Shown here in pieces: positions 1 through 9,768 of a stretch of DNA of 64,000 nucleotides. The notes beneath the pieces were generated by a model. The model made no database searches and was not told where the DNA came from. It was given only the letters and a program-made list of their open reading frames with translations. The translations under genes were made by a program, and so were the position numbers. Position 1 is the first letter of the stretch. Every line of letters begins with the position of its first letter. The DNA is taken from the NCBI GenBank assembly GCA_027366525.1, contig DAHXKG010000003.1:72097-136096 (forward strand), written 5' to 3'. Origin of the DNA: a candidate division FCPU426 bacterium (GTDB lineage: Bacteria > Oederibacteriota > Muellerivitia > Muellerivitales > DAHXKG01).

Positions 1-45
1 ATCATCAGTGATTTTTTTAATTCAAACTTTAAGGAGTGGGCAAGT

Positions 46-1422
46 ATGTCAAAGCCACATTGGTTAATTCCCTCCCAGCCAGTTGAGACTTATCAAGAAT
101 ATTTGGAACAGTATCAAGGTGTTTCTCCAATTTTAAAAGCTCAAGCTATGGGAGCGGATGCGGTCATTACTGAATTAAAGAAATCAGGATTAAGAGGGCG
201 AGGTGGAGCTGGATTTCCGGCAGCGGCTAAATGGGATACGGTTCGTAAGGATCGATGTCCAACACACGCAGTGGTTTGTAATGCAGCCGAAGGCGAGCCA
301 GGAACATTTAAAGATCGTTACATGATACGAAAAAATCCCTATCCACTTTTGGAAGGTGTGCGTATTGCGGCTCGGGTTATTGGAACTCAAACTATTCGGA
401 TTGGAATTAAAGAATCGTTTAAACGGGAAGTTGAACGCTTAAGACAAGCTTTGAGTGAGTTAAAAGCATTGGGGCTTTTTGAAGGCGTTGATATTCAAAT
501 TATCTTAGGTCCGGAGTCCTATTTATTTGGAGAGGAAAAAGGATTGCTCCAAGTGGTTGATGGGATTGGACCTTTTCCAAGAGAAGCGCATTATCCTCCT
601 TATGAATGGGGATTACAACCCACCATTACCTCACCCAATCCTGCTTTGGTGAGTAATGCGGAAACTTTTTCTCATGTTCCTTCTATTATTCATTATGGAG
701 GGGATTCTTTTCATCAAATTGGAACGCCGGATACTCCGGGAACCATTATTTTGACTTTATGTGGAGATATCCAAAAACCCGGGATTTATGAGGTTCCAAC
801 GGGAACCACGCTCAACTGGGCGGTCATGAATTTAGCAGGCGGTCCTCTTCCAGGTCGAAAATTAAAGGCTATTTTATCTGGAGTATCAGTGCCTGTTATT
901 CTTCCCGCTCAATTTGAAACTCCGTTAGATTTTGGGAGTATGCGTAAGATCGGCTCAGGGTTGGGGTCAGCAGGGTTTATCATTATGGATGATCAAACAA
1001 ATATTCCGCGAGTTGCACAAGCCGCAGCGCGATTTCTTTTTGTGGAGTCCTGCGGACAATGTCCTTCCTGTAAGATGGAATTAAACTTGGCTTCCACAAC
1101 CCTTGATCAGCTCATTGATCAAGCTGTTCAGGGGTCCTTGACCGTGGAACTTAAAAATCAACTCTTAGAAAGAGTGAAGTATGGCGTCATGTCAGCTCCA
1201 CAGGGGAATCGTTGTTATCTGCCTACGGGAGCTAAAGTGGTAGTTTCTAGTTTAATGCAAGCATTTCATGATGAATTTGATCAATTGGTTCAAAATTTTT
1301 CAAATCCTCGCTATTTAATCCCTAAAATTATTGATTATGATGAATCCAAACATGTATTTGTTTATGATGAAAAACAATGGTTAAAAACTCCGGATTGGAG
1401 TTATGAATATAGCCATGCTTGA
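46..1422 (+). CDS. NuoF/HoxF-like NAD(P)H-binding flavoprotein subunit (FMN, 4Fe-4S)
   Basis: GLRGRGGAGFP, CNAAEGEPGTFKDR, YLFGEEKGL and ESCGQCPSC...C motifs; AAGGAG RBS upstream. Confidence 0.85.
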   Translation: MSKPHWLIPSQPVETYQEYLEQYQGVSPILKAQAMGADAVITELKKSGLRGRGGAGFPAAAKWDTVRKDRCPTHAVVCNAAEGEPGTFKDRYMIRKNPYPLLEGVRIAARVIGTQTIRIGIKESFKREVERLRQALSELKALGLFEGVDIQIILGPESYLFGEEKGLLQVVDGIGPFPREAHYPPYEWGLQPTITSPNPALVSNAETFSHVPSIIHYGGDSFHQIGTPDTPGTIILTLCGDIQKPGIYEVPTGTTLNWAVMNLAGGPLPGRKLKAILSGVSVPVILPAQFETPLDFGSMRKIGSGLGSAGFIIMDDQTNIPRVAQAAARFLFVESCGQCPSCKMELNLASTTLDQLIDQAVQGSLTVELKNQLLERVKYGVMSAPQGNRCYLPTGAKVVVSSLMQAFHDEFDQLVQNFSNPRYLIPKIIDYDESKHVFVYDEKQWLKTPDWSYEYSHA

Positions 1423-1443
1423 AGGTTTTCAAATTTAACGCCA

Positions 1444-2235
1444 TTAGAATCCATGCCACGAGTAGAGTACAATCATCGCAAAAATAATAGAAAGTCCCAT
1501 TTCTTGTATTCCTAATTTCATCATGGGCAATCGAGGATTTCCTTTCCAACCTGCAAGGCCAATTCGCAATAAGGCCATTAGAGGGCCGAACGTCAGTTGC
1601 CAGTGTGGCCAAGCAAGATAGGCTAGACCGGTAATATAAAGGACCCCAGCTAAAATCGATCCGCGCAGGTCCAAGAATTTTTGAGTATACGAAATGACTT
1701 CTCCTTTTCGAGATCGAGCTAACCAGGATTGACGCACTTTAACATAAATGAGGGCTAAACAAAAATATCCACCCAGAAGGCTCCAGAGCACCATGGCTTG
1801 AGTAAGTGAATGTAAAGGATTGGTTAAGTAAATCATGGAGGCCAACAAACTGATTTCTAAAAATCCAAGCATTTCAATTAATAAGGAGCGCCACGTTTGT
1901 TTATAACTTACCGCGATAAAAATCAGACAAGCTAAAGGACCGGCAATCAATTTTAAAAGATTGAGATCTAGGTGGGGCGCTTGTTGGAAAACAAACCCTC
2001 CAGAAGTGATCAGAATTAAAAATAAAAGAAAAGCAAATTTTAAATTTTTTAAAGCATAAACCCGATCCACATTCCAATAGTGGCGAGCAGTGAGTAAAGG
2101 GGCTCGGAGAATAAAGCCCGCTATCCAAATTAAACTTAGGGCCAAAGCTGAAAAATTCCATGATCCTAACAATATCCAGCCCACGAAAAGCGATAGAATC
2201 AATAAATTCCATGCGCCATGTTCTTTAGGTAACAT
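1444..2235 (-). CDS. YwiC-like membrane protein
   Basis: N-terminal P-K-E-H-G-A-W signature, multiple TM segments, C-terminal KLGIQE. Confidence 0.75.
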   Translation of the reverse strand: MLPKEHGAWNLLILSLFVGWILLGSWNFSALALSLIWIAGFILRAPLLTARHYWNVDRVYALKNLKFAFLLFLILITSGGFVFQQAPHLDLNLLKLIAGPLACLIFIAVSYKQTWRSLLIEMLGFLEISLLASMIYLTNPLHSLTQAMVLWSLLGGYFCLALIYVKVRQSWLARSRKGEVISYTQKFLDLRGSILAGVLYITGLAYLAWPHWQLTFGPLMALLRIGLAGWKGNPRLPMMKLGIQEMGLSIIFAMIVLYSWHGF

Positions 2236-2457
2236 TGGACGTTCCTTGTTGCAACGACGCTGTATTAAAAATTGTAGACCTTATCTGGAGAGTCTAACTA
2301 TGTATCAATCCTAACGACGACTTCATTCACAGCATATAGGGTATCTTGAGGCGTTGAAATCATAAAAAGCGAATTATAAATTGATTGACTCAATCCGATC
2401 ATGAAATCAACGGATAATTTTCAGGATCCTTCGCGGTAATCCCTTAGATCTTCCAGA

Positions 2458-3192
2458 TTAAGGAAATCCATTGATCCAAGAAACTGCTTGGGAAGTTGAA
2501 GTCGAATTTTTAAAGGTGAACGTTGCAGGACAAGTCCATAATAAAGAAGAATTGGTAAGTGCTCCGGGAATCGTTGAGTCTAAAATGGTTAGGGTAGTAT
2601 TGTATTCATAAGTATCACTGGAGGATGTTAGAGAAACGGGATCAGGTGGCGTGGTTGAAACTTCGACTGTAAGAGAAGAAGGATTGGTAATGTCATTTAC
2701 TTGAAGGGTGGCAGTAATACTGCTGGAGGCAGGGCTCCAACTTACACTAGCTCCATTTGAAGCGTAAGCAACCGTATAAGCATTAATGTCTGTCACACCT
2801 ACGGTTCCGTTAGTAATGGTGAGGGTAATAGGTTGCGGTAAGGAAACGCCTGCATTTAGCAAAGAAGCGCTTCCGGAATAAATAGCATAAACATTGCCGT
2901 TTAAAGTAGTCGATTGGGAAAATGGGATGGTTATCAAGGTGGAGGGACTACTTAGCGCTACAGCAAGATTAGTTAAAGGTATTCCTCCAACAGCGATATT
3001 TAAACTTACAGAGCTACTAGCCGACGATAACGAAACAGCTGAATTGAAAATTTGAATATTGGTCATCGGGACTAGCGGGATGAGTGGCGCGGAGGGGATG
3101 GCGAGTTGTTGACAAGAGGAAGTGAAAAAAAACAGATTGGTGATTAAAAGAATAAAAACAGTTAGAGCATTCCAATTAAATTTTTTTCTCAT
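2458..3192 (-). CDS. Hypothetical Ser/Thr-rich lipoprotein
   Basis: Basic N-terminus, hydrophobic stretch, TSSC lipobox-like; GAGGA RBS. Confidence 0.6.
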   Translation of the reverse strand: MRKKFNWNALTVFILLITNLFFFTSSCQQLAIPSAPLIPLVPMTNIQIFNSAVSLSSASSSVSLNIAVGGIPLTNLAVALSSPSTLITIPFSQSTTLNGNVYAIYSGSASLLNAGVSLPQPITLTITNGTVGVTDINAYTVAYASNGASVSWSPASSSITATLQVNDITNPSSLTVEVSTTPPDPVSLTSSSDTYEYNTTLTILDSTIPGALTNSSLLWTCPATFTFKNSTSTSQAVSWINGFP

Positions 3193-3378
3193 TGATCGTC
3201 CTCAGGAGTAATCCTTTAATCACTGTTATAGTCCAGATTTTTAATCGAAGAAGTTTTAATGTTTAAAGATTTCCGTTAGGCCATTGTAGCAAGAAATGGC
3301 GAGGAAAGACTATTTTTATGGTCGAACCGGTTCATCAAAATAAACATTAAAAATGTGTGAAAACTTGAGCGGCATAGA

Positions 3379-3981
3379 TTAAAGATCGGGTATTTTTTCT
3401 TCAAGGTGTTTTTGGATTTGCTGGTTATAGTCAGTATCAGAGATTTGGGTTAGATTGATTTTAATATTTTCTTCTGCGGCCAAGGCGGCGCAACGAGACA
3501 GTAATTTGGCGATGGTCCAATCGCTTTTTAAATAAGGAGAAACTAACGGTTTTAAGGTTTCGATGATGCCTTGCGGTTGGAGTAATTGAAGGGATAATTC
3601 ACGTACGCGAAGCGGGACAGTAATAGCATCTTTAAGCGCTTGATGGATCAAGGACATTTTTTTTTGCTGGTCGATTTCAGTAGAAGCTGGCTGTTGGCGT
3701 GCTAGGAGATAATGATTGAAAACTTGGGTGTCTCGTTCCGCTAGAGTCAAGGCCTCATGCAGCATTTCTGAAAGTGTGTGGGCGAGTTGAGTTAAAAGAG
3801 TGGGCTGAGCAGGAAGCTTGTTTTTTTTTAGCAGGAGTTGTGTAATCATGGAAAGTAGCGACACTGCTTGAGCTAAAGAGATGGCTGCAACAGCCCCTCC
3901 GCCAGGCGTGGGATTAGCGCTGGCAAGCTGTTGAAGATATTCTAATAAAGTAAGTTGAATAAGCGGTTTAGCGAGAGTCAT
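3379..3981 (-). CDS. Formiminotransferase-cyclodeaminase family / methenyl-THF cyclohydrolase (FchA-like)
   Basis: LASANPTPGGGAVAA motif, VPL and NIKINL; start placed at MTLAKP, overlapping the folD stop. Confidence 0.8.
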   Translation of the reverse strand: MTLAKPLIQLTLLEYLQQLASANPTPGGGAVAAISLAQAVSLLSMITQLLLKKNKLPAQPTLLTQLAHTLSEMLHEALTLAERDTQVFNHYLLARQQPASTEIDQQKKMSLIHQALKDAITVPLRVRELSLQLLQPQGIIETLKPLVSPYLKSDWTIAKLLSRCAALAAEENIKINLTQISDTDYNQQIQKHLEEKIPDL

Positions 3982-4906
3982 GGGAGACATTCGACGATAA
4001 GTGATAATTTTCAAATAATCGAACCGCATTTCGTAAACACATCGCAATCGTCATAGGCCCAACGCGTGGGATATAAATGGTTGCTTTTTCTTTTGCAAGG
4101 TCCTCAAAATTTTGGTGGTCTGAAAAGTTAAGACAAACTGCTTCGGGACGAATTTCTGAGGCTTGAATTTTTTTAAAGGTATTGGGAACGCCAGTGATGA
4201 CGGCAGACGCACGTTGGAGGGCTTCTGCTCGAGAAATTGAGTAGGGTGATTTTTCAAAATGAGGTTGTGTGGAGTCGTAGAGGATTTGATTTTGAGGTCC
4301 AAGCACGAGGAGGCTATTGAGATCAAAAGAATAAACATAAGCTCCGTCATTGGAAAGCATAAATGCAAGTGGTTTTCCTACTACGGTTGAACGATTAAAA
4401 ATGGTGATGTGTTGTTCACTAAAAGGCAGGCCGAACTCGGATCGCAACGAGGTTCGCTCAAGTAGTTTCAAAATGGCAAGCGGGGTACAAGGTAAAATGC
4501 ATTTATGTTGCTGGAGCGCATCGTCGAATCGTTCATTCTTATAAAGTTTTTCCATCCAATATGTGGTTAATCCTTCAACGTCCTTATGGGGGTGGATGAG
4601 ATCTTTGACATGATGATCTTGTTCATTATTAAAAATCGGATAATAAACAAAAAGACCATGAACGGTCGGGTCCAGATTCGAAGCTTGAATCAAGTCTGAA
4701 ATTTTGTCTGGCGTGGTTTGAACGAGATCAAAATGAATTCCCACCGATTGGCAACTCGATTGAGTATATTCGGCATAGATACGGGAGGCTTTAGTTTGAG
4801 GGACCAAAAATCCTTTCAAATGAATAGTGTATTTTTTTTGCTGAATGAGCGTACGGATTTCATTGCGATGAAACGATGCGAGGATGTCCGGATCCCAAGT
4901 AGCCAT
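3968..4906 (-). CDS. folD: Methylenetetrahydrofolate dehydrogenase, FolD family, Mtd1-like monofunctional type
   Basis: KDVEGL, LPCTPLAI, NRSTVVGKPLAFMLSNDGA, VGPMTIAM; start at MATWD with AAGGA RBS. Confidence 0.85.
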   Translation of the reverse strand: MATWDPDILASFHRNEIRTLIQQKKYTIHLKGFLVPQTKASRIYAEYTQSSCQSVGIHFDLVQTTPDKISDLIQASNLDPTVHGLFVYYPIFNNEQDHHVKDLIHPHKDVEGLTTYWMEKLYKNERFDDALQQHKCILPCTPLAILKLLERTSLRSEFGLPFSEQHITIFNRSTVVGKPLAFMLSNDGAYVYSFDLNSLLVLGPQNQILYDSTQPHFEKSPYSISRAEALQRASAVITGVPNTFKKIQASEIRPEAVCLNFSDHQNFEDLAKEKATIYIPRVGPMTIAMCLRNAVRLFENYHLSSNVSHDSR

Positions 4907-5019
4907 AACAAATTCCTTAAATAAGGGCATAGTATTGGGAATTGGAATACTTGTCAATCCTGGAACTTAAGAAGCGGTGCTGGGAGGGGTTGAATGTTTA
5001 AAGTGTGCCAAGAGGAGAT

Positions 5020-5061
5020 CATTTTTCAAAAAGAATACGCATGTATTCTTTTTGAAAAATG
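5020..5061. repeat. Perfect inverted repeat, 19-bp arms and 4-nt loop, abutting parS
   Basis: CATTTTTCAAAAAGAATAC-gcat-GTATTCTTTTTGAAAAATG read directly. Confidence 0.9.
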
Positions 5062-5075
5062 TTTCACGTGGAACA
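5060..5075. promoter_or_regulatory. parS site (ParB loading site)
   Basis: TGTTTCACGTGGAACA matches consensus TGTTNCACGTGAAACA with one change; A5/T5 flanks extend the palindrome. Confidence 0.88.
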
Positions 5076-5156
5076 TTTTTATCGAGAGATCCAGAAATCT
5101 GAAGGATGAAGGCCAAGGAAATTGCAGGAGCTCTTTCAAATGGATCCCGGTGCTTT

Positions 5157-5882
5157 TTATAAAGGTTGATTTGAAATTTTTGAATGGAGTCGTGGATAAG
5201 TGGATAAAGTTTTCCCCAGCTTTTCCACAATAACCAGCGAACGCGGTTGATGACTCGAAGATAAAGAATAATGGAGTTTTTCAACGATTTTAGATTGAAG
5301 AAGTTGGAGTGCCTTGTGGGATTTATCCACAAGATCTATCTGAGCCTGCGTGACCCAATTCACAAGATATCCACCGGATTTTAAAAGAGGAATGCCATAT
5401 TCTAAAACAACCGGGAATGGTTGTACCGCACGGGCAACAATGAGATCCCAATGTTCGCGATAGGAGGGCTGGTGACCGAGGTTTTCGGCACGTCCCCAAA
5501 GCGGATGGATATTTTGAAATCGTGGGGTTGCAAGGCAGGCTTGGAGAACTTGAATTTTTTTACGACGGGCGTCAAGCAAAGTCATGGAATGTTCATATCC
5601 CAGACTGATCGAAAGCGGTAGGCCGGGAAACCCATTGCCGGTTCCAAGATCAAGAATCGAGGAAAATTTAGAAGAATTCATCCGAATCCAAGGCAGAAGT
5701 TGAAGGGAATCAAGAATATGAAAATTAAAAATGTCTTCATCGGAAGTCCATTGCGTTAAATTGATAGTTTGGTTTTTTTTAAGTAAGCAGGATATAAACT
5801 CCGTTAGCACTGTTGCAAAGGAAGCATCCAGAAACGAGAAAGAAGTTTGCGAAAGTTTTTGTTGCAACCATTCGGAAGTCAA
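5157..5882 (-). CDS. rsmG: 16S rRNA m7G527 methyltransferase
   Basis: HILDS, LDLGTGNGFPGLP, GRAE, VARAV motifs; directly downstream of mnmG. Confidence 0.95.
   Translation of the reverse strand: MTSEWLQQKLSQTSFSFLDASFATVLTEFISCLLKKNQTINLTQWTSDEDIFNFHILDSLQLLPWIRMNSSKFSSILDLGTGNGFPGLPLSISLGYEHSMTLLDARRKKIQVLQACLATPRFQNIHPLWGRAENLGHQPSYREHWDLIVARAVQPFPVVLEYGIPLLKSGGYLVNWVTQAQIDLVDKSHKALQLLQSKIVEKLHYSLSSSHQPRSLVIVEKLGKTLSTYPRLHSKISNQPL
5191..5375. promoter_or_regulatory. Cluster of DnaA-box-like 9-mers inside the rsmG 3' end (candidate oriC element)
   Basis: Perfect TTATCCACA 5323-5331; one-mismatch boxes at 5191-5199, 5199-5207 and 5221-5229; weaker ones at 5210-5218, 5356-5364 and 5367-5375. 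Confidence 0.6.
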
Positions 5883-5891
5883 CGCAATCCT

Positions 5892-7787
5892 TTAAGAAGC
5901 AGATTTAGAACTGGTGGAGGTTTGAGCAAATCGGCTGAGCGATAAAAGAAGTACTGATAAATCGGAGGGGGTAATCCCTGGAATGCGTGACGCCTGGCCA
6001 AAAGTTTGGGGTCGAATTTTTAAGAATTTTTCCTTAGCTTCTCTTGAAAGGCTTTCAAGGGAGGCATAAGGGAAATCTTCCGGAATAAGGGTTTGTTCAT
6101 GATGGTTTTGTTTTTGAATATCTTGATACATTTTTTTAAGGTATCCCTCGTATTTTAATTCGATTTCGATTTGAAGACCAATATCGGAATTCCACTGGAG
6201 ATCATGAGGAAGAAAAGGTCGTAAACGCTCATATGTTATTTCAGGTCTTCGAATAATCTCATCCAGTGTTCGATTGCGATCCAAGAGGGAGACGTTGAGG
6301 GTGCTGGAATCAATGGCTTCCATCGGGAGCAGATACGTTCGAAAGGCTTGAAGGCCGGACTTTAATTTATCTTTTTTGTCTAGGATTTGGTCTCGTTTTT
6401 CTTTGGAAATTAAACCCAATTGGTATCCCTTTTCCATTAATCGTAAATCAGCGTTATCGGGGCGTAATAAGAGACGATATTCTGCTTTGGAGGTAAACAG
6501 TCGATAGGGTTCTTCAGTTCCGCGTGTGACTAAATCATCAGTTAAGACTCCCATATAGGCTTCGCTACGAGATAAGATAAAAGGAGGGCATCCCTGAATT
6601 TTTTGGGCCGCATTGACGCCTGCTAAAAATCCTTGGGCGGCAGCTTCTTCATATCCTGAAGTTCCATTGATTTGGCCGGCTAGGAAAAGGTTTTGAATAC
6701 GATGGGTTTCGTATGCGTGTGAAATTTGAGTAGGGGGGATAAAATCGTATTCAACCGCATAACCGGGTCGAACAATTTCGGCATTTTCCAATCCAGGAAT
6801 AGTTTTAAGAAAAGCGTATTGAACTTCTAAAGGCAAAGAAGTGGAAAGACCATTTAAATAAAATTCATGGTTGGAAAGTCCTTCAGGCTCTAGAAATATT
6901 TGATGACGTATTCGCTGAGGAAATTTAACAATTTTATCTTCAATCGAAGGGCAGTATCGAGGCCCAATGCCTTGGATAGTTCCCGAAAAAAGAGGGGAAC
7001 GGGAGAGGTTATTCAAGATAATTTGTTGGGTTTGATCATTGGTATAGGTAATATAACAAGCGACTTGAGTTTGTTGTGGAAAGTGGGTTGTGAAATGAGA
7101 AAACGGGATAGGATTTTCGTCTCCCCACTGTATTTCGGTTTTTTCAAAATTTATTGATTCGCGCAGAACACGTGGATTGGTGCCTGTTTTCAGGCGGCCA
7201 ACTTGAAACCCAAGTACCTTCAGGTGCTGGGAAAGGTTCTTGGATGGCAATTCGCCCGTGCGTCCTCCTTCGATTTGAGTTTCCCCGATATGCATTAATC
7301 CATTTAAAAAGGTGCCGGTTGTTAAAATTACGGCTCGGGCATAAATTTCTTCGCCGTAGTGAGTCCGTACACCATAAACCTGTGATTCACGAATTAACAG
7401 GGACTCAACGGAAGCTTGTTTAATTTTCAAGCAAGGTTGAGACATCACGCATTGCTTCATGGTTTGATTATATAAATCTTTATCACATTGAGCCCGGAAC
7501 CCCCAAACTGCAGGGCCTTGAGTCCGATTAAGGATGCGCGATTGAATGGACGTGGCATCTGTCATTTTGGCCATTTCGCCTCCCAAGGCATCGATCTCTC
7601 GAACTAAATGGCCTTTGGCAAGCCCACCGATAGCTGGATTACAGCTCATTTTGGCAATGGTATCGGGATTCATTGTGAGGAGAATCGTTTCTAAGTTCAT
7701 ACGGGCACAAGCCAGTGCAGCTTCACATCCCGCGTGACCTCCGCCGACCACGATCACGGCATATGATGATTGAAATCCCACATCCAT
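5892..7787 (-). CDS. mnmG: tRNA uridine 5-carboxymethylaminomethyl modification enzyme
   Basis: GGGHAGCEAA, MSCNPAIGG, GPRYCPSIEDK, AGQINGTSGYEEAAAQG. Confidence 0.98.
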   Translation of the reverse strand: MDVGFQSSYAVIVVGGGHAGCEAALACARMNLETILLTMNPDTIAKMSCNPAIGGLAKGHLVREIDALGGEMAKMTDATSIQSRILNRTQGPAVWGFRAQCDKDLYNQTMKQCVMSQPCLKIKQASVESLLIRESQVYGVRTHYGEEIYARAVILTTGTFLNGLMHIGETQIEGGRTGELPSKNLSQHLKVLGFQVGRLKTGTNPRVLRESINFEKTEIQWGDENPIPFSHFTTHFPQQTQVACYITYTNDQTQQIILNNLSRSPLFSGTIQGIGPRYCPSIEDKIVKFPQRIRHQIFLEPEGLSNHEFYLNGLSTSLPLEVQYAFLKTIPGLENAEIVRPGYAVEYDFIPPTQISHAYETHRIQNLFLAGQINGTSGYEEAAAQGFLAGVNAAQKIQGCPPFILSRSEAYMGVLTDDLVTRGTEEPYRLFTSKAEYRLLLRPDNADLRLMEKGYQLGLISKEKRDQILDKKDKLKSGLQAFRTYLLPMEAIDSSTLNVSLLDRNRTLDEIIRRPEITYERLRPFLPHDLQWNSDIGLQIEIELKYEGYLKKMYQDIQKQNHHEQTLIPEDFPYASLESLSREAKEKFLKIRPQTFGQASRIPGITPSDLSVLLLSLSRFAQTSTSSKSAS

Positions 7788-7860
7788 TCCTTTTTACAAA
7801 ACAGTGAAGTGTTTATAGCATACTTTAGAATCCAACTCAATATGGTTCTGAATTTGAAAA

Positions 7861-7876
7861 TGTTCCACGTGGAACA
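7861..7876. promoter_or_regulatory. parS site
   Basis: Perfect palindrome TGTTCCACGTGGAACA with AAAA/TTTT flanks, upstream of mnmG. Confidence 0.88.
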
Positions 7877-7989
7877 TTTTTTAAAAACATACAAATGTAT
7901 TCTTTTGTGAATGTTGGATTTTTGTCCTGAAGACAATATTTAGGGCCTTTGTATTGGCGATGAAATGAAATTTAATTACAGTACTAGAT

Positions 7990-9768
7990 ATGAAAGCCGG
8001 ATTTATCAAATTTAAATTTCACGTTTTATTGATTCTAATCAGTGGAGGCATGCTGGGTTATTTAGGCATCGCGTGGCTTCGGCATCAATCCATGTCGCTT
8101 CCCGTTGTTTGGATGACTATTTTTTTAATATTGGGTGGGATTTTTTTCGGAATTCGCCATCAGCCGTTAGCGCCATGGATTCGATTGATTGCCAGCACGG
8201 CCCTAGCTGGAACAGTAACTCCACAAGTCTTCAATCCACACTCCCCCTTTTATGGAATGGTGTTCATCAGTATTCTCTGGGTTTTTTATCGAATGAGTCG
8301 TCCTCGCCCGATTAGAGTGAGTCCATCCCCGCTTTCATTGGGCAGATTTCCCTTGCAAATCGATCAAGAGGGTCAATGGTTTATTCCCGAAGAGTCGCTG
8401 AATTATCATGTGCAAGTGATCGGAGGAACCGGGAGTGGAAAAACTCGATTTGTGCTTAAACCCCTTATATATCAAGACATCGTAGATAATCGGATCGGAT
8501 GTTTCATTTATGATGTCAAGAGCAACTTAGCTCGAGAAGTGCACTATATGGCTTCGTATGCCCATCGAGAGAAAGAGCTGTTTTATTTGGATCTAGCTCA
8601 TCCGACTCTTTCCCAATCCTATAATCCACTGTTCGGGAGGGATCCCGATGTTATTGCCAATCGCATTCTAGCGGCATTGTATATGCAAGAACCTCAAACC
8701 CATCCGTATTATCGAGAGCTGACATACGCGTATCTATCCAATATCATTGCCTTGCTTTTAAGAGAATTTGAATGTATGACCTTTCAAGATTTGCTGGAAT
8801 TGACCCAAGAATTTGAAACCTTCAAAAAACTTCAAGATTTATGCAGTAAGTATTTTTTTACAGCGGAAAGTTCATTTTTTTATTCATGTTGGATTCATAA
8901 ACCAGTTCGCCAACGTCAACAAGAACTTTTTGGATTAATCAATAAATTGCAGGCCATTTGCAGCCGTTCATATGCATCGCTTTTCAATGTTCGTAAACCT
9001 CAGATTCAGTGGAAGACGCTTTTAAATCAACATCAAATTTTTTTGTTTGGTGCTTCGTCGCTTCAACATCCTGAAGATTCTAAAATGATATCAGCGTTAT
9101 TAATGATGGATTTAGCCAACTCGATTGAACCTCGATTTATCCGAAAACCGGATCAACCCTTTCGTCTTTATCTAGATGAATTTGATCAACTTCTCTATCC
9201 AGATTTTATTCATTTACTGAATAAAGCGCGCGAAGCGGAAATATCTATTATTCTGGCGCATCAAGCTTTGGGCGATTTAAAAACATCAATTCGAAATTTT
9301 TCAGAACAAATTGGTATTAATACCCGAAATAAAATTATCTTAGCGCTGGATGATCCAGAAACAGCATCCTTTTTTTCTCGGTTATTGGGATATCAACTTG
9401 AAAAACAAAGTGCCACAGAGTTTTATAATGCACATGATCAAAAAACGGGTTATCGGTTGAGTTCGGCGCTCCAATATAAGTACCCGCCGGATGAGATCAA
9501 AAATCTTCCAATTCAAAAAGGCATCATACGAATCATTTTAAAACAAGGACCGGTGGATTACTGCGTTCAACTCAATCATCCGGTAAACGTTCCTGAAACC
9601 TATCAACCTATTTTTCGGCGGGCGAGGCGTTCTCGGGTTTCTTCCAAGCGTCGGAAGACCTTGAAGTCCAATCATGCAGGTTTAGATCTAGATCGATTCA
9701 ATCAAAAAATAGATCCTGAACGAACGTCTCCTTCTTCCCATTTTCAGAAATCGAGGATTTCCATTTGA
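7990..9768 (+). CDS. Type IV coupling protein (TraD/TraG/VirD4-like ATPase)
   Basis: N-terminal TM helices, HVQVIGGTGSGKT Walker A, YNPL, LYLDEF Walker B, KAREAEISIILAHQ, NTRNKI. Confidence 0.85.
   Translation: MKAGFIKFKFHVLLILISGGMLGYLGIAWLRHQSMSLPVVWMTIFLILGGIFFGIRHQPLAPWIRLIASTALAGTVTPQVFNPHSPFYGMVFISILWVFYRMSRPRPIRVSPSPLSLGRFPLQIDQEGQWFIPEESLNYHVQVIGGTGSGKTRFVLKPLIYQDIVDNRIGCFIYDVKSNLAREVHYMASYAHREKELFYLDLAHPTLSQSYNPLFGRDPDVIANRILAALYMQEPQTHPYYRELTYAYLSNIIALLLREFECMTFQDLLELTQEFETFKKLQDLCSKYFFTAESSFFYSCWIHKPVRQRQQELFGLINKLQAICSRSYASLFNVRKPQIQWKTLLNQHQIFLFGASSLQHPEDSKMISALLMMDLANSIEPRFIRKPDQPFRLYLDEFDQLLYPDFIHLLNKAREAEISIILAHQALGDLKTSIRNFSEQIGINTRNKIILALDDPETASFFSRLLGYQLEKQSATEFYNAHDQKTGYRLSSALQYKYPPDEIKNLPIQKGIIRIILKQGPVDYCVQLNHPVNVPETYQPIFRRARRSRVSSKRRKTLKSNHAGLDLDRFNQKIDPERTSPSSHFQKSRISI

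Noticed and set aside
2381..2395. FNR-like box upstream of the ywiC-like gene
   Set aside because: TTGAT-N3-CTCAA has the wrong spacing for TTGAT-N4-ATCAA.
4967..5332. Short ORFs over the parS/DnaA-box region (also 7754..7936)
   Set aside because: Their shared KC.TWNIF peptide merely reflects the parS DNA repeat; they overlap rsmG or mnmG and lack RBS support.
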